From Eledone cirrhosa (lineage: Eukaryota): DNA of 64,000 nucleotides. Below the pieces are notes generated by a model. It made no database searches and had not been told where the DNA came from. It was given only the letters and a program-made list of their open reading frames with translations. This document shows positions 1 to 16,426 of the stretch, piece after piece (position 1 is the first letter of the stretch; every line of letters starts with the position of its first letter). A program made the position numbers and the translations under genes. The stretch lies in the NCBI GenBank assembly GCA_964016885.1, contig OZ024740.1, forward strand, positions 184,450,001 through 184,514,000. The letters are read 5' to 3'.

Positions 1-333
1 ACCCCCCCTCCCTAAATAAAATATTTTTTCCTCGCACATATCCTCCCTTCGTTAATTTTCAAAATTTTTAATTTATACAGTATCTTCCAACGGTTTTCAA
101 CCCCTCTATATAAAATATATCTCCTCTCAGTTATAAAAACTATCTCTTTCTCTCTATCACCCATCTCTCCCTCTCATCTCCTTCCCTTTTCATCCTTTTC
201 TCCCCCCCCCCCCCCTCTCTAAATAAAATATTTTTTCCCAATATCACACATCAATCTAAAACCACTTTTCATATGTTGATTTAAAACTGCACTATCAACA
301 AGTGTTTTTTAGCCTTCATATCATGTTCTCCTG

Positions 334-400
334 TTTTATCTGATGAAAACACAAATATTATTGTTTGATGATGTTTGTTTTTGAAATGCGCATAATAAAA
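334..400 (+). ncRNA. Minimal type I hammerhead ribozyme (probable pseudo-LTR of the adjacent decayed PLE)
   Basis: TTTTAT-CTGATGA-AAAC...GTTT(TT)-GAAA-TGCGCA-TA-ATAAAA: stem I TTTTAT/ATAAAA, canonical core, palindromic stem III, AUA cleavage triplet. Confidence 0.75.
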
Positions 401-432
401 TATATGGAACTCCTTTAACCATCTGTTGATCT

Positions 433-473
<41 letters not shown>

Positions 474-559
474 GTGTGTGTCTGTGTGCGTGCATACATA
501 TGTGTATGAATCTAAAACACTTTTTTAACCGATCTGTTGAACGCCCTCCCTAAAATCAT

Positions 560-1520
560 TAACAAAGACACTTTTATTGTATCATTTGTTTTAGTATACC
601 TCTATATCACTGTTCCAAATCAACATGGACTACAGGCATTATGATTCTGTTTCGAAAATCTGTTTATGAAATTTTGGTCAAATTAGAAAAGGGATTCATC
701 ACCTAAGTATTAAAATACATCCTACAAAATAATTTTTTAGACTTTAATGCCAGCATTTACAAAAACATATCTGGGAGCTGGATGGGTACAAAAGACTTAT
801 GCTAATTTTGTTACAGCATACATGGAGGTCCACATATATGATCAATCTAGATTACGACTTCAACGTCCATAAATATTTGCTAGACAACTAGTAACGTTAC
901 TTAGATGAGTGCCTAATTCTCAGGACCTTTTACAATCTCAAAGATTTCAAAACCCTAATTAACATCAAAAAGAATATTAACTTTGCAATGGAATTTAGTC
1001 AGAATCAATAAACAACGACTTCTAAACAATATTTGTTATTCTCTTATTGAACCAATAATACTTGAAAGACAGCCACCCTCAATGTTAATAGATAACGGAA
1101 TAGAAATACGAATAACAAAAAACACTTCAGATCCGCACAATACTATATACTTTATTACAACTCACAAACCAAAAAATACAGAGGCATAAAACATTATTCG
1201 CCAGAAGATTCCACTATTGAGACAAGACACTAGAACGATAAAAAAAACCACACTAGAAAAGCACAAAATAATGAAAAGCAAAAGATAACCAAGCTTTCTT
1301 TAAAATCTGCTGAGCACAAACCCGACACCTACAATCAAAATGTGTAGTCACCGTAATTGCGGTACTTGCATCAACATTATTGAAGTCTCATTGTATAAAT
1401 TTAAATCAGGACAAACTTTATCGTAAAAATAATTTCAACTGTTCGTCAAAATATTTAATATATGCTATTTGAATGTAAAGGATGTAATGAAGACTACATA
1501 GGACAAACAAAAACGACGAT
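560..1520 (+). pseudogene. Decayed Penelope-like element (Neptune-like) RT and GIY-YIG remnants
   Basis: Broken frames give LYITVPNQHGLQA (RT motif A region), MGT...YAN (motif B), CSHRNCGTC zinc linker, FNCSSKYLIYAI and CKGCNEDYIGQT (GIY-YIG); many stops and frameshifts. Confidence 0.7.
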
Positions 1521-1559
1521 GAATTAACTACCAGGTGCGACAATCGGCCGCACACATAC

Positions 1560-1790
1560 ATCATATGGTTTAACTAAAGACTTTGACACAAGCCAATACG
1601 CTCTCAGCATTGTCACGAGTGATGGCGGTCCTAAGGCGCTGAAACAACCAAGCACCCTCACGGGCATCATCTGATACATCAGTAAGGCGAGCTGCCAGCT
1701 ATGACAACAAACGTCTCGAACGCCACAGAGTGGAAAAAATAATTGCTGGATAAATTCAAGTATCTACGAATGTTATTCTGTTCGGCAAAA
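1560..1790 (-). mobile_element. CRE-like non-LTR retrotransposon 3' fragment
   Basis: Shares AAACGTCTCGAACGCCACAG (minus strand VAFETF) and GAACAACCAAG-like sequence with the CRE-like fragment at 61400-61862. Confidence 0.45.
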
Positions 1791-2306
1791 TTTACTGTGT
1801 CGTTCATGATGAGGGCGGGCAAAAAAGAGTCACTGACTGTGGTGTCTCAGATGAGACACCTACCTCTTACCCTAAATTGATAAACTGAAAGTTATATTTC
1901 TGAAGATTTCAGTTCCAAATAATCTATTTATGAATTATTTTTCGATGCAGACCTACCCTACTCCTTCTGCAGTCAAGAGTCGCTCACTAATACGTTAACT
2001 CAACAAAGCAATGCAGTCGCATATGAGTCCTGGAAAAGAATGACTTTTGCTTAAGTTTCTGATAAAATTTGCATATTTCATTCAGTTTATTTTATTGTAG
2101 TATTTTTTTTTTATATTTTGTCATTTTATAGACTTACATTGAAACACACCCAAAATGTCTGGTGGTATTGTACATTTTAGACTTCTAAAATTTACAACAT
2201 CGACGAACTGAGAAATGCCATGCTCGACCGGGACGATTTGAGAAGGCATGCTGAAACTTTGTGAGTATAAACTCGGCCGAAGAAGAAGAAAAAGAATATA
2301 TATATA

Positions 2307-3216
2307 CGAGGTGTGTCAGAAAGGTTCCAGGGCTGATGTCACAAAAGATTTATTTCAAACCCAAACTTCACACTAAGAGTTCTCTCCTTCAAAGTAATCC
2401 CCCTGGAGTCTGATGCACTTGTCCATCCTTTTCTGCCACGCTTGCATGCACTCCTGGAAGAATTCTTCCCGGGTCCTCCGCAGTTCCGGCGTCACGGCCT
2501 TTTTGATGTCGTCCACGTCTCCAAAACGGGTCCCCGCCGGGTCGTACTCGAAGATCCATGACTCATCACCGGTGATGACTGTCCCTAGCAAGTCTGGTTC
2601 GGTTTTAAGACGCTGGAGGATGTCCTGGCACACTTGCATGCGTCGACCCTTCTGGTCTTCGTTCAGCAGTTTTGGCACCATCTTCGCGCAGACTTTCCGC
2701 ATATCCAATTCTTCAGTGAGAGTCTTCTAGACGCTGTCGATATTCATGCCCAGCTCATTTGCCATCACTCGAACAGTCAGCCGACGATCGCTACGCACCA
2801 TCTGCCTGACGCGCTCAACGTTGACCTCAGTCCTTGTTGTTGAGGGCCTTTCGCTCCTGGGGTCATCTTCCACTTCCTCGCGTCCTTCTTTAAACCTCTT
2901 GCACCACTCAAAAACACGTGAGCGTGACATCGTCTCATCTCCATACACTTGCTGCAGCAATCCCAATGCTTCTGACGGAGTTTTCCCCAAGCGTACCAGA
3001 AACTTCAAGTTTGTTCGTTGCTCTGTGCTCATTGCTTGACGACCTAAAACAGAGGACATGTATATAAAATTATGAAGAAAAACGTTTTATCGCTGCAGAG
3101 AGCTAAGATTGCAGTTACATACTCCATGGGGATTACTTTGAAGGAGAAAACTCTTAGTGTGAAGTTTGGAATAAATCTTTTATGACATCAGTCCTGAAAC
3201 TTTTCTGACACACCTC

Positions 3217-3217
<1 letters not shown>
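2307..3217 (-). mobile_element. Internally deleted mariner transposon with about 100 bp TIRs and TA target duplication
   Basis: TA|CGAGGTGTGTCAGAAA ... TTTCTGACACACCTCG|TA; ORFs 2727-3059 and 2373-2708 give mariner HTH, VPKLL, ITGDESWIFEYDP and QGDYFEG; second and third catalytic Asp region missing. Confidence 0.92.
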
Positions 3218-3282
<65 letters not shown>

Positions 3283-3372
3283 ATGCTGAACCCTCATCCA
3301 TTTCTTTCTAAGTATGACAATAATAAGACAATTTTTTACATCCCTGTGCTTGTTTTGGTTTGTCTATTCAAT

Positions 3373-3407
<35 letters not shown>

Positions 3408-3892
3408 ATACATATAAAGTGGTCCTTCATCAGTGATTTTCCAACCATTATCGGTATTGCTTCGCTTTAAAGAGCATATACCTCCGGTTGGTGCGAGCAA
3501 CGGCTAAAGAAAGTCGTTGGGACACGTAAATAAAGGGAACAGCGAGAGTGTAAACAAACAAAGATGGTGAAGCAACGAAAACTGAGGAAGAACGAGTCAA
3601 GTCCCAAATTTCCATGAATATAAGTTCGGTGAAATCGTGAACGAGAGAGAATAAAAACCATCAAACCTGGTTGAAATGTAAGCAAGGAAGGAATTCCGCA
3701 CAGGTCTAACGGGAGGAAGAAGGAGTCTAGTCCGTGAATTCGGATATATATATATATATACATGGAAAGTTATATTTAAATTGTTGGGTTACAACTAGTA
3801 AATATTTATAACTGATATAAAAGCACTCCACAAGTATTTGGAGTATATTTACAATATTAAATAAATGGAAACTATATTTATAAAACCATATT

Positions 3893-3958
3893 TATTTCAT
3901 TATATATATTTCAGGGATATCATATTAACAATATGCTATGCCTTCCTCAGACAAAATA
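3893..3958 (-). ncRNA. Hammerhead ribozyme in the 3' pLTR of PLE family A
   Basis: Reverse complement TATTTTGT-CTGAGGA-AGG...CCT-GAAA-TATATA-TA-ATGAAATA. Confidence 0.8.
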
Positions 3959-5286
3959 CACAGTTTTATAGATAAATAGATTTGACATACCGTAACAACA
4001 TCGACTTGTATTTGAAAAAGTTGAACTGGCAGTGAAAAAAGTGTACACAGAGAGAAAGAAAGAGAGAAAAAAAGGAAAGAAAGACAGAAAACGAAGAAAA
4101 AGAAGAAATGCATGGAACAAAATAGAGAGATGGAAAGATAGATAAAGAGAAGAACTTCATGTAAAGAAACAGAGAGAGATATATATATAGAGAGAGAGAG
4201 GAAATAGAGATAGATATATATATATAGAAACTAGGTAGTGGGACGTCCGTTGAGTAAACGTATCAATGATACATTTATTTATTTATTTATTTATTTAGCT
4301 CTAGTATTAATGTAAGGGAGATATATGGAGAGAAACCAGCTGTTATATAGAGAGAAAAATTTAAAAATAACCAGACATAGGCGAGGCGTAAAAACCCTAT
4401 GTTTTAATGTAGAGGTATTAGTATGTATAAGAAAACCAGCCACTATGTTGTAAATATCAGTATTCCTGAATGAGACATGTATCCATAATGTGTGAAAAGT
4501 AATGATCTTATGTTTAGTTTTTTTTTTAAATTCATATGTTTATGTGATAACTACAAACATCTATGTGAATTTACATGATCAACTCTGCAAACCCTAAGTT
4601 CACGGAAAACATTCTCATTGTGGTATAAAAATTTAAGTATACATATATGTGTATATATATACACACAAATATATAGAGAGTCAATATTACTACTATTCCT
4701 GTCTTTACTCTACAAGATTATCTATCAAGCAGAAATAGAGAGCAGATTTCAATATACTAATAAAAATATATATCAGAAACAAAACTAAAAAATAACAATA
4801 ATAATAATAAGTAATAATAAAATAGAAAACTAAAAAATATTACGAAAGAATATTACATATTAAAAATATTACATATTAAAAATATTAAAAATAAAAATAT
4901 TAGAAAATACTACAATAATAAAAATAAAAATAAACCACAAAGATCAACCCTTCAAAATTAATTGACAATATATTGCCAAGTTCATTATAAGCATCAGAGT
5001 CGAAAAACAGATAAAGCCAAAAATTATCTATCAAATCGCATCTAGCAAAGATCATTTCAAAAAGTTTAGGATGCCCATTTGGTCTACATGTGTTCTTATA
5101 TTTAATATAGAAGTTTATCTAGTGTAACGTTTATTCGAAATATTTGGAGCATCAACTTTTAGGGTAGCTTAATTTTTCATGAAGAATGTTTAAATAAAAA
5201 TAAAAATAAAAATAAAAAGAAGAAAAAGAAGAAATCAAAGATTTATCGGCTAGTTTCCCATATAATTATAAATCAAACTAAATATA

Positions 5287-7509
5287 CTACATTTTAAATT
5301 TAAATTTATATTTAAACGTTGAGTTTAATCTATGTTTGCAGCAACTGAATAAATTTGTCCGTAGATTAAGGGAATTTTTAGATTTTAGTATAAAGAATAT
5401 CTCCTCTGCGCAGAGGTCACATGTCTCAGAGGATGAATTAAAAGGAATCCCTCTTGAGACTATATTCCAAGCCGTCGAATATCTAACGTTATCTAGCTTA
5501 AGTTGCCAGAGTACGCCTGATAGTGCCGTTGAAGATTTTTTGCTTGGATCTGTGAAAGAATTCTTGTGGTTATTATAGCGAAGTTTAAATTCCGTCGATG
5601 TGGAACCGACGTAGTTAAAAGAATTAGAGTCAGTATTAACATTACAATTGGATACTATATTTTTAACTAAGCAGTTGTTATTTAACGGACATTTAGATCT
5701 ATCTCTACAGTTACATTTGTTAACTTGTATATTATTTATGCTATTATCACTAGGTTTTAAGTTCCTATTATTTATTCTATTAATATTTTGTGCTAAATTT
5801 TTGGTGGATGAGTAGGTTAATTTTATTGTATGTCTATTGAAAATTGAGTGATACCTATGTGTTCTAGGGAAGCGATTATCAAGAGCTTTAAAAATAGTTT
5901 AGCGATGTGGGTTTTAATGTTTAGTGAGAAAGGGGGGGGGGGGGGGGGCAAACCAAATTATGTTCCTAGTTCTATTTCTTTTTTGGCCTTTGGAATTATT
6001 GTAATGCTTTCTATTATAGTTGTTAAGGTTGTTGCCGTAATTAAAATAGTTGTTATTTTGTTTAGTTTGTCTATCATTATCTATGTACACAATCTTATCA
6101 GCATATCCTGCTCTAGCTAATGCTTCATTGTAGTATTGGGCTTTTTCGTCGAAAATCTTTCTATTCGACGAGATCCTAGAGATACGTTTTTGAACAGAGT
6201 TTACTATAGTGTTTTTGACAGATCTGGGGTGGTTAGAGTTAAAGTTGACATAGTTTAAGTTTTCATTCAACTTGTGAAAAGGATAGTGAAGACATGTGTT
6301 GAGATTTAATGTTATATCTAGGAAATTGACTATTCTATGGTTGTTCTCAATTTCTATTTTAAGATTAAAGTAATTAAAAAATTGTGTAATTTGTTTACAT
6401 TTTCTATTTAGTTCAGAGTTATTATTATCAATAAGTAAAAGCATGTCATCTCTATATAAACCTCCGGTAGTACCAGGTATTTTCCTATGTAGCGAATTGA
6501 TTAAAAATAAGCCCCCAAGGTCAGTTACCTGAGCTGAGTCGGATGATCCCATAGTAATGTCAAAATTGCTATCTCTATCTGCTCTGGTCCATAGTTGGTC
6601 ATTAAATTCTATCAAAGTTTTCCTAGCCGATAATATAATATGCATTTCATTGCTAGTTAGGTCAGTATGTTTGAATGCGTAATTTAGTGCCTTATTTAGT
6701 AGATTAGGGGTAATAGAAGAATAATAGTTAGCTATATCAAGTTGAATAAACTTATTATTATTGTTATATTTAATTTGCTTAAACCACTCAACAACCTCTC
6801 CAGTTCCCTTCCACAAGCTCAGGTTAGATAAACAATCCAAGTTCTTAATTTGCTGTATCACCCTGTCAAGAATGTTTTTGCTTAATTTGCCCAGGTCCGA
6901 TTTTGATGGTGCGATCAATCTAACTGGCAAGTCATTTTCAAAATTCCTCTTGTGATCTTTCATATTGATCTTCGGTTTCCTGGGCACGAAAGGTTGTGTT
7001 CTGTTCTCAATTTCCAACTCGTGCATTATACAAGATGCTTCGACATTCATTTTCTCAAGCTCGGCCTTATCTGCTACCTTGTACTTTTTCCTCAGCTCCT
7101 TCAGTATGAGGCCATTATACATGTCTTTCTGCACTCCATAGAGGTTGTTGGTCTTGTCAGATTTCACCAAGATCTTCTCAGTTTTCTCTAAGCTCTCAAT
7201 GTTATCCTTAATGCCTTTCAAATATTCCTGGCCTTTGAAGTTTCTCTTGAATTTGACCCCTTGTATGATAGAAATTATATCGTTTTCAAAGTCAGATAAA
7301 AGTTTGTTAGGCGGTGGATTTCTTTTAGATTTGAAAACTTTGTTTAAGTCCGAGATATTTTCATTTATATTAGATTTATCAAAGTGGAATGCTCGCCACC
7401 TGATTCTCCTTATAAAAGAGTCAGATTTATCTATTAATTGTTTTATAAAGTCTTTGTTTCTAGGTAGAGGTATGTCTTTTAAAGAGGAAGTAATCTTAAA
7501 GAATTCCAT
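5287..7509 (-). CDS. PLE reverse transcriptase plus GIY-YIG endonuclease, about 740 codons, interrupted by two compensating homopolymer indels near 5890-5948
   Basis: SLKDIPLP, IRWRAFHF, FIQLDIANYYSSI, FDITMGSSDSAQV, GLYRDD, RNIIWF; the same frame resumes at 5880 with DNRFPRTHRYHSIFNRHTIKLTYS, CNCRDRSKCPLNNNCL, YVGST.TEFKLRYNNH, CDLC, CKH, stop at 5287-5289. Confidence 0.9.
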
Positions 7510-7687
7510 TTTTCCAGTTATAATATAAAGCGCTCAACAGTATTGGAGCAAGATACATGGAAAGTTATATTTAAATTGTTGGGTTACAACTAGTAAATAT
7601 TTATAACTGATATAAAAGCACTCGACAAGTATTTGAAGTATATTTACAATATTAAATAAATGGAAACTATATTTATAAAACCATATT

Positions 7688-7753
7688 TATTTCATTATAT
7701 ATATTTCAGGGATATCATATTAACAATATGCTATGCCTTCCTCAGACAAAATA
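7688..7753 (-). ncRNA. Hammerhead ribozyme in the 5' pLTR of PLE family A
   Basis: Same motif as 3893-3958. Confidence 0.8.
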
Positions 7754-8188
7754 CACAGTTTTATAGATAAATAGATTTGACATACCGTAACAACATCGAC
7801 TTGTATTTGAAAAAGTTGAATTGGCAGTGAAAAAAGTGTACACAGAGAGAAAGAAAGAGAGAAAAAAAGGAAAGAAAGACAGAAAACGAAGAAAAAGAAG
7901 AAAAAGAAGAAATGCATGGAACAAAATAGAGAGATGGAAAGATAGATAAAGAGAAGAACTTCATGTAAAGAAACAGAGAGAGATATATATATAGAGAGAG
8001 AGAGGAAATAGAGATAGATATATATATATAGAAACTAGGTAGTGGGACGTCCGTTGAGTAAACGTATCAATGATACATTTATTTATTTATTTATTTAGCT
8101 CTAGTATTAATGTAAGGGAGATATATGGAGAGAAACCATTTATATATTTATCTATTTATCTATTTATCTATTTATCTATAAAACTGTG

Positions 8189-8254
8189 TATTTTGTCTGA
8201 GGAAGGCATAGCATATTGTTAATATGATATCCCTGAAATATATATAATGAAATA
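8189..8254 (+). ncRNA. Hammerhead ribozyme in the inverted pLTR fragment
   Basis: TATTTTGT-CTGAGGA-AGGCATAGCATATTGTTAATATGATATCCCT-GAAA-TATATA-TA-ATGAAATA. Confidence 0.8.
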
Positions 8255-8291
8255 AATATGGTTTTATAAATATAGTTTCCATTTATTTAAT

Positions 8292-8326
<35 letters not shown>

Positions 8327-8903
8327 CTCTATCATACACTTAATATATATCTCAATTAATTTCCAACACTAGTGCTAAGCATATGCAAATTAGTACGGCC
8401 ATTTCAGAATAATACTAAGAACAAATGAGTATAGAAACCCATCAAACGTTTCCTTGTGGTAGTTTGGATGACATATATGCCTTCTGATGAGGGTCCAATT
8501 AGGTTTGAATATCAATTAAATGTTTATCATATTTTCAAATTACAAGGAAACTCCTATTTTCTGGAATGTTTACATGCCTCATAATACATATGTGTATATT
8601 TATATATACATTGGTGCAGTCTCGCTTACCCACTGTGTATGTATACATATATACCTTTACAATACACTTCAGCTGCTAACACTATTTTTAATATATTTAT
8701 ATATGGGTGTGTGTGTGTATATATGTATATATGCTTATAGGTGTATATGCTTGTATGCTTATATGTATATATATTTAGGTATATATGCTTATAGGTATAT
8801 GTATGTCTATATGCTTATAGGTATGTATATCTGTATATGCTTATAGGTATACATATATGTTTCTATGCTTATCTGTATATATGTGTGTTTCTATATATAT
8901 GTT

Positions 8904-8971
<68 letters not shown>

Positions 8972-9764
8972 CTTGTGTATGTGTGTGTATCTATGTATGT
9001 GTTTGTGTATATACTATTAGTGTAACAGAGAGACATATTATTATAAAGTTGGCCTGCTGATTGAATGACACACATAGTAAATGAATGTAAAAGCTTATCA
9101 AATTAGTATTGAGCTTTATGAATTTTCTCTTTGATTGATAAGAACTCCTGCTGTTTTGCATGCACTGTCTACAACCTTTGCATGATTATGTCTCATAGGT
9201 ATTAGAATTTATCTATCATTTCATATAATTAACTTGTTGTAGGTTAAAGTTCAACAAAAGGTTTGCATGTATATAACTAATAATCTTGTAACTGAATCAC
9301 CCAGTGCACTAAAAGTGAATGTGGAAGTGCTAAGTCTATACAGCACTGCGAGAAAAATCTTACAAAGTAGGAATATAACCTAAAGCTAAGGAATAACGAG
9401 TCATTTTTTTTTCGTTTCATCTGGTGCTTTGATAATTTAATATGTGTGTGTAATATATATATATATATGTATATGAGCGTATATATATATATAGTACATA
9501 TATATATATATATACATACTCATATATATATATATATACATATATATATGTATATATAAATAGTGGTAGAACACGGGAAGGTAACATCCGTAGTGGTAGA
9601 GCACTCAGTCCATGGGACGAGTTAGGTAGAAGTGGTTACACAACAGTTAGTTCACCATGCCGAGAACAATTGTTTCACCTTAACGGATCCTCAATTCGTA
9701 ATATATGAGTATATATATATACTCATATATATATACAGTATATATATATATATACATATACACA

Positions 9765-9857
<93 letters not shown>

Positions 9858-9983
9858 TTGGGTAGATATTGATGCAATTCAATTCAAGCACTCAACGTAC
9901 TTTTTTCACATAGGAGTGACGGAGTAAATATCGAATGAGGAGAAGCGAAGTAGTTTCAGATGTTCAAGTCCTTTAATAACAAT

Positions 9984-10057
9984 GCTGTGATATATATTTC
10001 AATGGCGACACTGGCCACACTGTTCTGTGTGCGAGTGTCGTGACATCATCAGACAGC
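9984..10057 (-). ncRNA. Type I hammerhead ribozyme with long stem II
   Basis: Reverse complement GCTGT-CTGATGA-...CGACACT..CACAC/GTGTG..AGTGTCG...-GAAA-TATATA-TC-ACAGC. Confidence 0.75.
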
Positions 10058-10079
10058 TTGTTACATAATAAGGTTATGT

Positions 10080-10945
10080 TTCCATCCACTGAATTATTAT
10101 TTTTATATGGGTTCCTAGTGTCCGCGCATCGCCTGGGAACTTAGCTGCCAATAGACTCCCTGATGACGTAAGGAATTCTCTAAAGTTATATTACGTAACT
10201 ATATTTATCCCCTTACAGAAACTAATTAGTTGGAGTGAAAATTTTAGTAAGTAAGTTGATTTTTAATTTTTAAAATTTTCTTATTTTACGTCTGTCATAT
10301 AATTGTTCTGCATCCCCCTGCATAGAACCACAAAGGTACTAAGACATAACATATATATTTGCTAGCATGGGTGTACATCTGTACACATATGTTGGTAGAT
10401 GTACTAATTCTTTATATTTATCTCCAAATTATTTGTTGAGCAAAACTTGCCAACATTTACTGCTGATTCATGGTAGTAGTAGGCTCTTGTCATAATACCA
10501 CCCCGCTCCTAACTGATTAACCTCAGTGTCACGTGACTGATTCTTTAGAATCTGCCACTGACCAGAGGCAGTGAATTTTTTCAGTGCTCTGGAATTTAGT
10601 CCTCGCTAGCTTCATTCCATCCACTGAATTATTATTTTTATATAGGTTCCTAGTGTCCGCGCATCGCCTGGGAACTCAGCTGAGAATAGACTCCCTGATG
10701 ACGTAAGGAATTCTCTATAGTTATATTACGTAACTATATTTATCCCCTTACAGAAACTAATTAGTTGGAGTGAAAATTTTAGTAAGTAAGTTGATTTTTA
10801 ATTTTTAAAATTTTCTTATTTTAGGTCTTTCATATAATTGTTCTACATCCCCTGCATAGAACCACAAAGGTACTAAGACATAACATATATATTTGCTAGC
10901 ATGGGTGTACATCTGTACACATATGTTGGTAGATGTACTAATTCT
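10080..10945 (+). mobile_element. Non-coding 535 nt tandem unit (about 1.6 copies) with hammerheads at 10155-10236 and 10690-10771; retrozyme or pLTR-like
   Basis: Period 535; ACTCC-CTGATGA-C-GTAAGG...CCTTAC-A-GAAA-CTAATTAG-TT-GGAGT; ends in (CT)n(TA)n. Confidence 0.82.
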
Positions 10946-10949
10946 CCCC

Positions 10950-11035
<86 letters not shown>

Positions 11036-11089
11036 TTATATGTATGTATATATGTATGTATGTATATATGTATATATGTATATGTATAC

Positions 11090-11502
11090 GATATTAATAA
11101 ATGGAAACTATATTTATAAAACCATATTTATTTCATTATAAATATTTCAAGGACACCAAGTTAAATTATGGTGTGCTTTCATCAGATAAAATATAATATA
11201 GAACAGTTAAAATATAATATAGAACTATCCGGGAGCTTCCAACAGTAATGGTTGCATTCTTTAAGTGTATGTCAATATTTATTTATAAAACTGCTCTATA
11301 TTATATTTTATCTGATGAAAGCACACCATAATTTAACTTGGTGTCCTTGAAATATGTATAATGAAATAAATATGCTTTTATAAATATAGTTTCCATTTAT
11401 TAATATGGTATTTTTACTCCAAATATTTGTTGAGTGCTTTATATCAGTTATAAAAAATATTTGCTTGTTGTATCCCAAAAATTTAAATAGAACTTTACAT
11501 AT
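11090..11502. mobile_element. Inverted pair of pLTR fragments related to PLE family A, with hammerheads at 11129-11193 (-) and 11304-11368 (+)
   Basis: TATTTTAT-CTGATGA-AAGCACACCA...TGGTGTCCTT-GAAA-TATGTA-TA-ATGAAATA; flanking AAATATAGTTTCCATTTAT shared with the family A pLTR. Confidence 0.8.
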
Positions 11503-11597
11503 GTATATATATATATGTATATAAAATATATATATATGCATATGAGTGTATATATATATATATATATGCATATAAGTGTATGTATGTATATATATAT

Positions 11598-11708
11598 CTG
11601 GTAGACGGAGCAATATGAAATAAAGTGTCTTGCTCAAGGACATAACGCATCGCACGGTTCGGGAATCGAACTCACAACCTCACGATTGTGAATCCAATTC
11701 TCTAACCA
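11598..11708 (-). mobile_element. tRNA-derived SINE fragment
   Basis: B-box-like GTTCGATTCC and GTCCTTGAGCAAGACACTTTATT shared with copies at 26050, 30277 and 57922. Confidence 0.7.
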
Positions 11709-16231
<4,523 letters not shown>

Positions 16232-16266
16232 TATATAATAACTTGTGTGTTACACCTCTATTCTTT

Positions 16267-16338
<72 letters not shown>

Positions 16339-16345
16339 CTCAGCC

Positions 16346-16394
<49 letters not shown>

Positions 16395-16426
16395 CTCAGC
16401 CAGATATATATATATATATATATATA

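Larger units (their letters stand above)
3760..8297 (-). mobile_element. Near-intact Penelope-like element (family A; C-terminal endonuclease, Hydra-clade-like) with direct pseudo-LTRs and an inverted 5' pLTR fragment
   Basis: Direct repeats 3760-4338 and 7555-8138; inverted fragment about 8165-8297; central RT-GIY-YIG ORF; (TA)n on both flanks. Confidence 0.92.

Noticed and set aside
3415-3440. Minus-strand CTGATGAAGGACC hammerhead
   Set aside because: Truncated by a (TA)n tract; GAAA and stem III are missing
8475-8520. CTGATGAGGGTCC hammerhead candidate
   Set aside because: No intact GAAA, stem II or stem I pairing; at most a decayed relic
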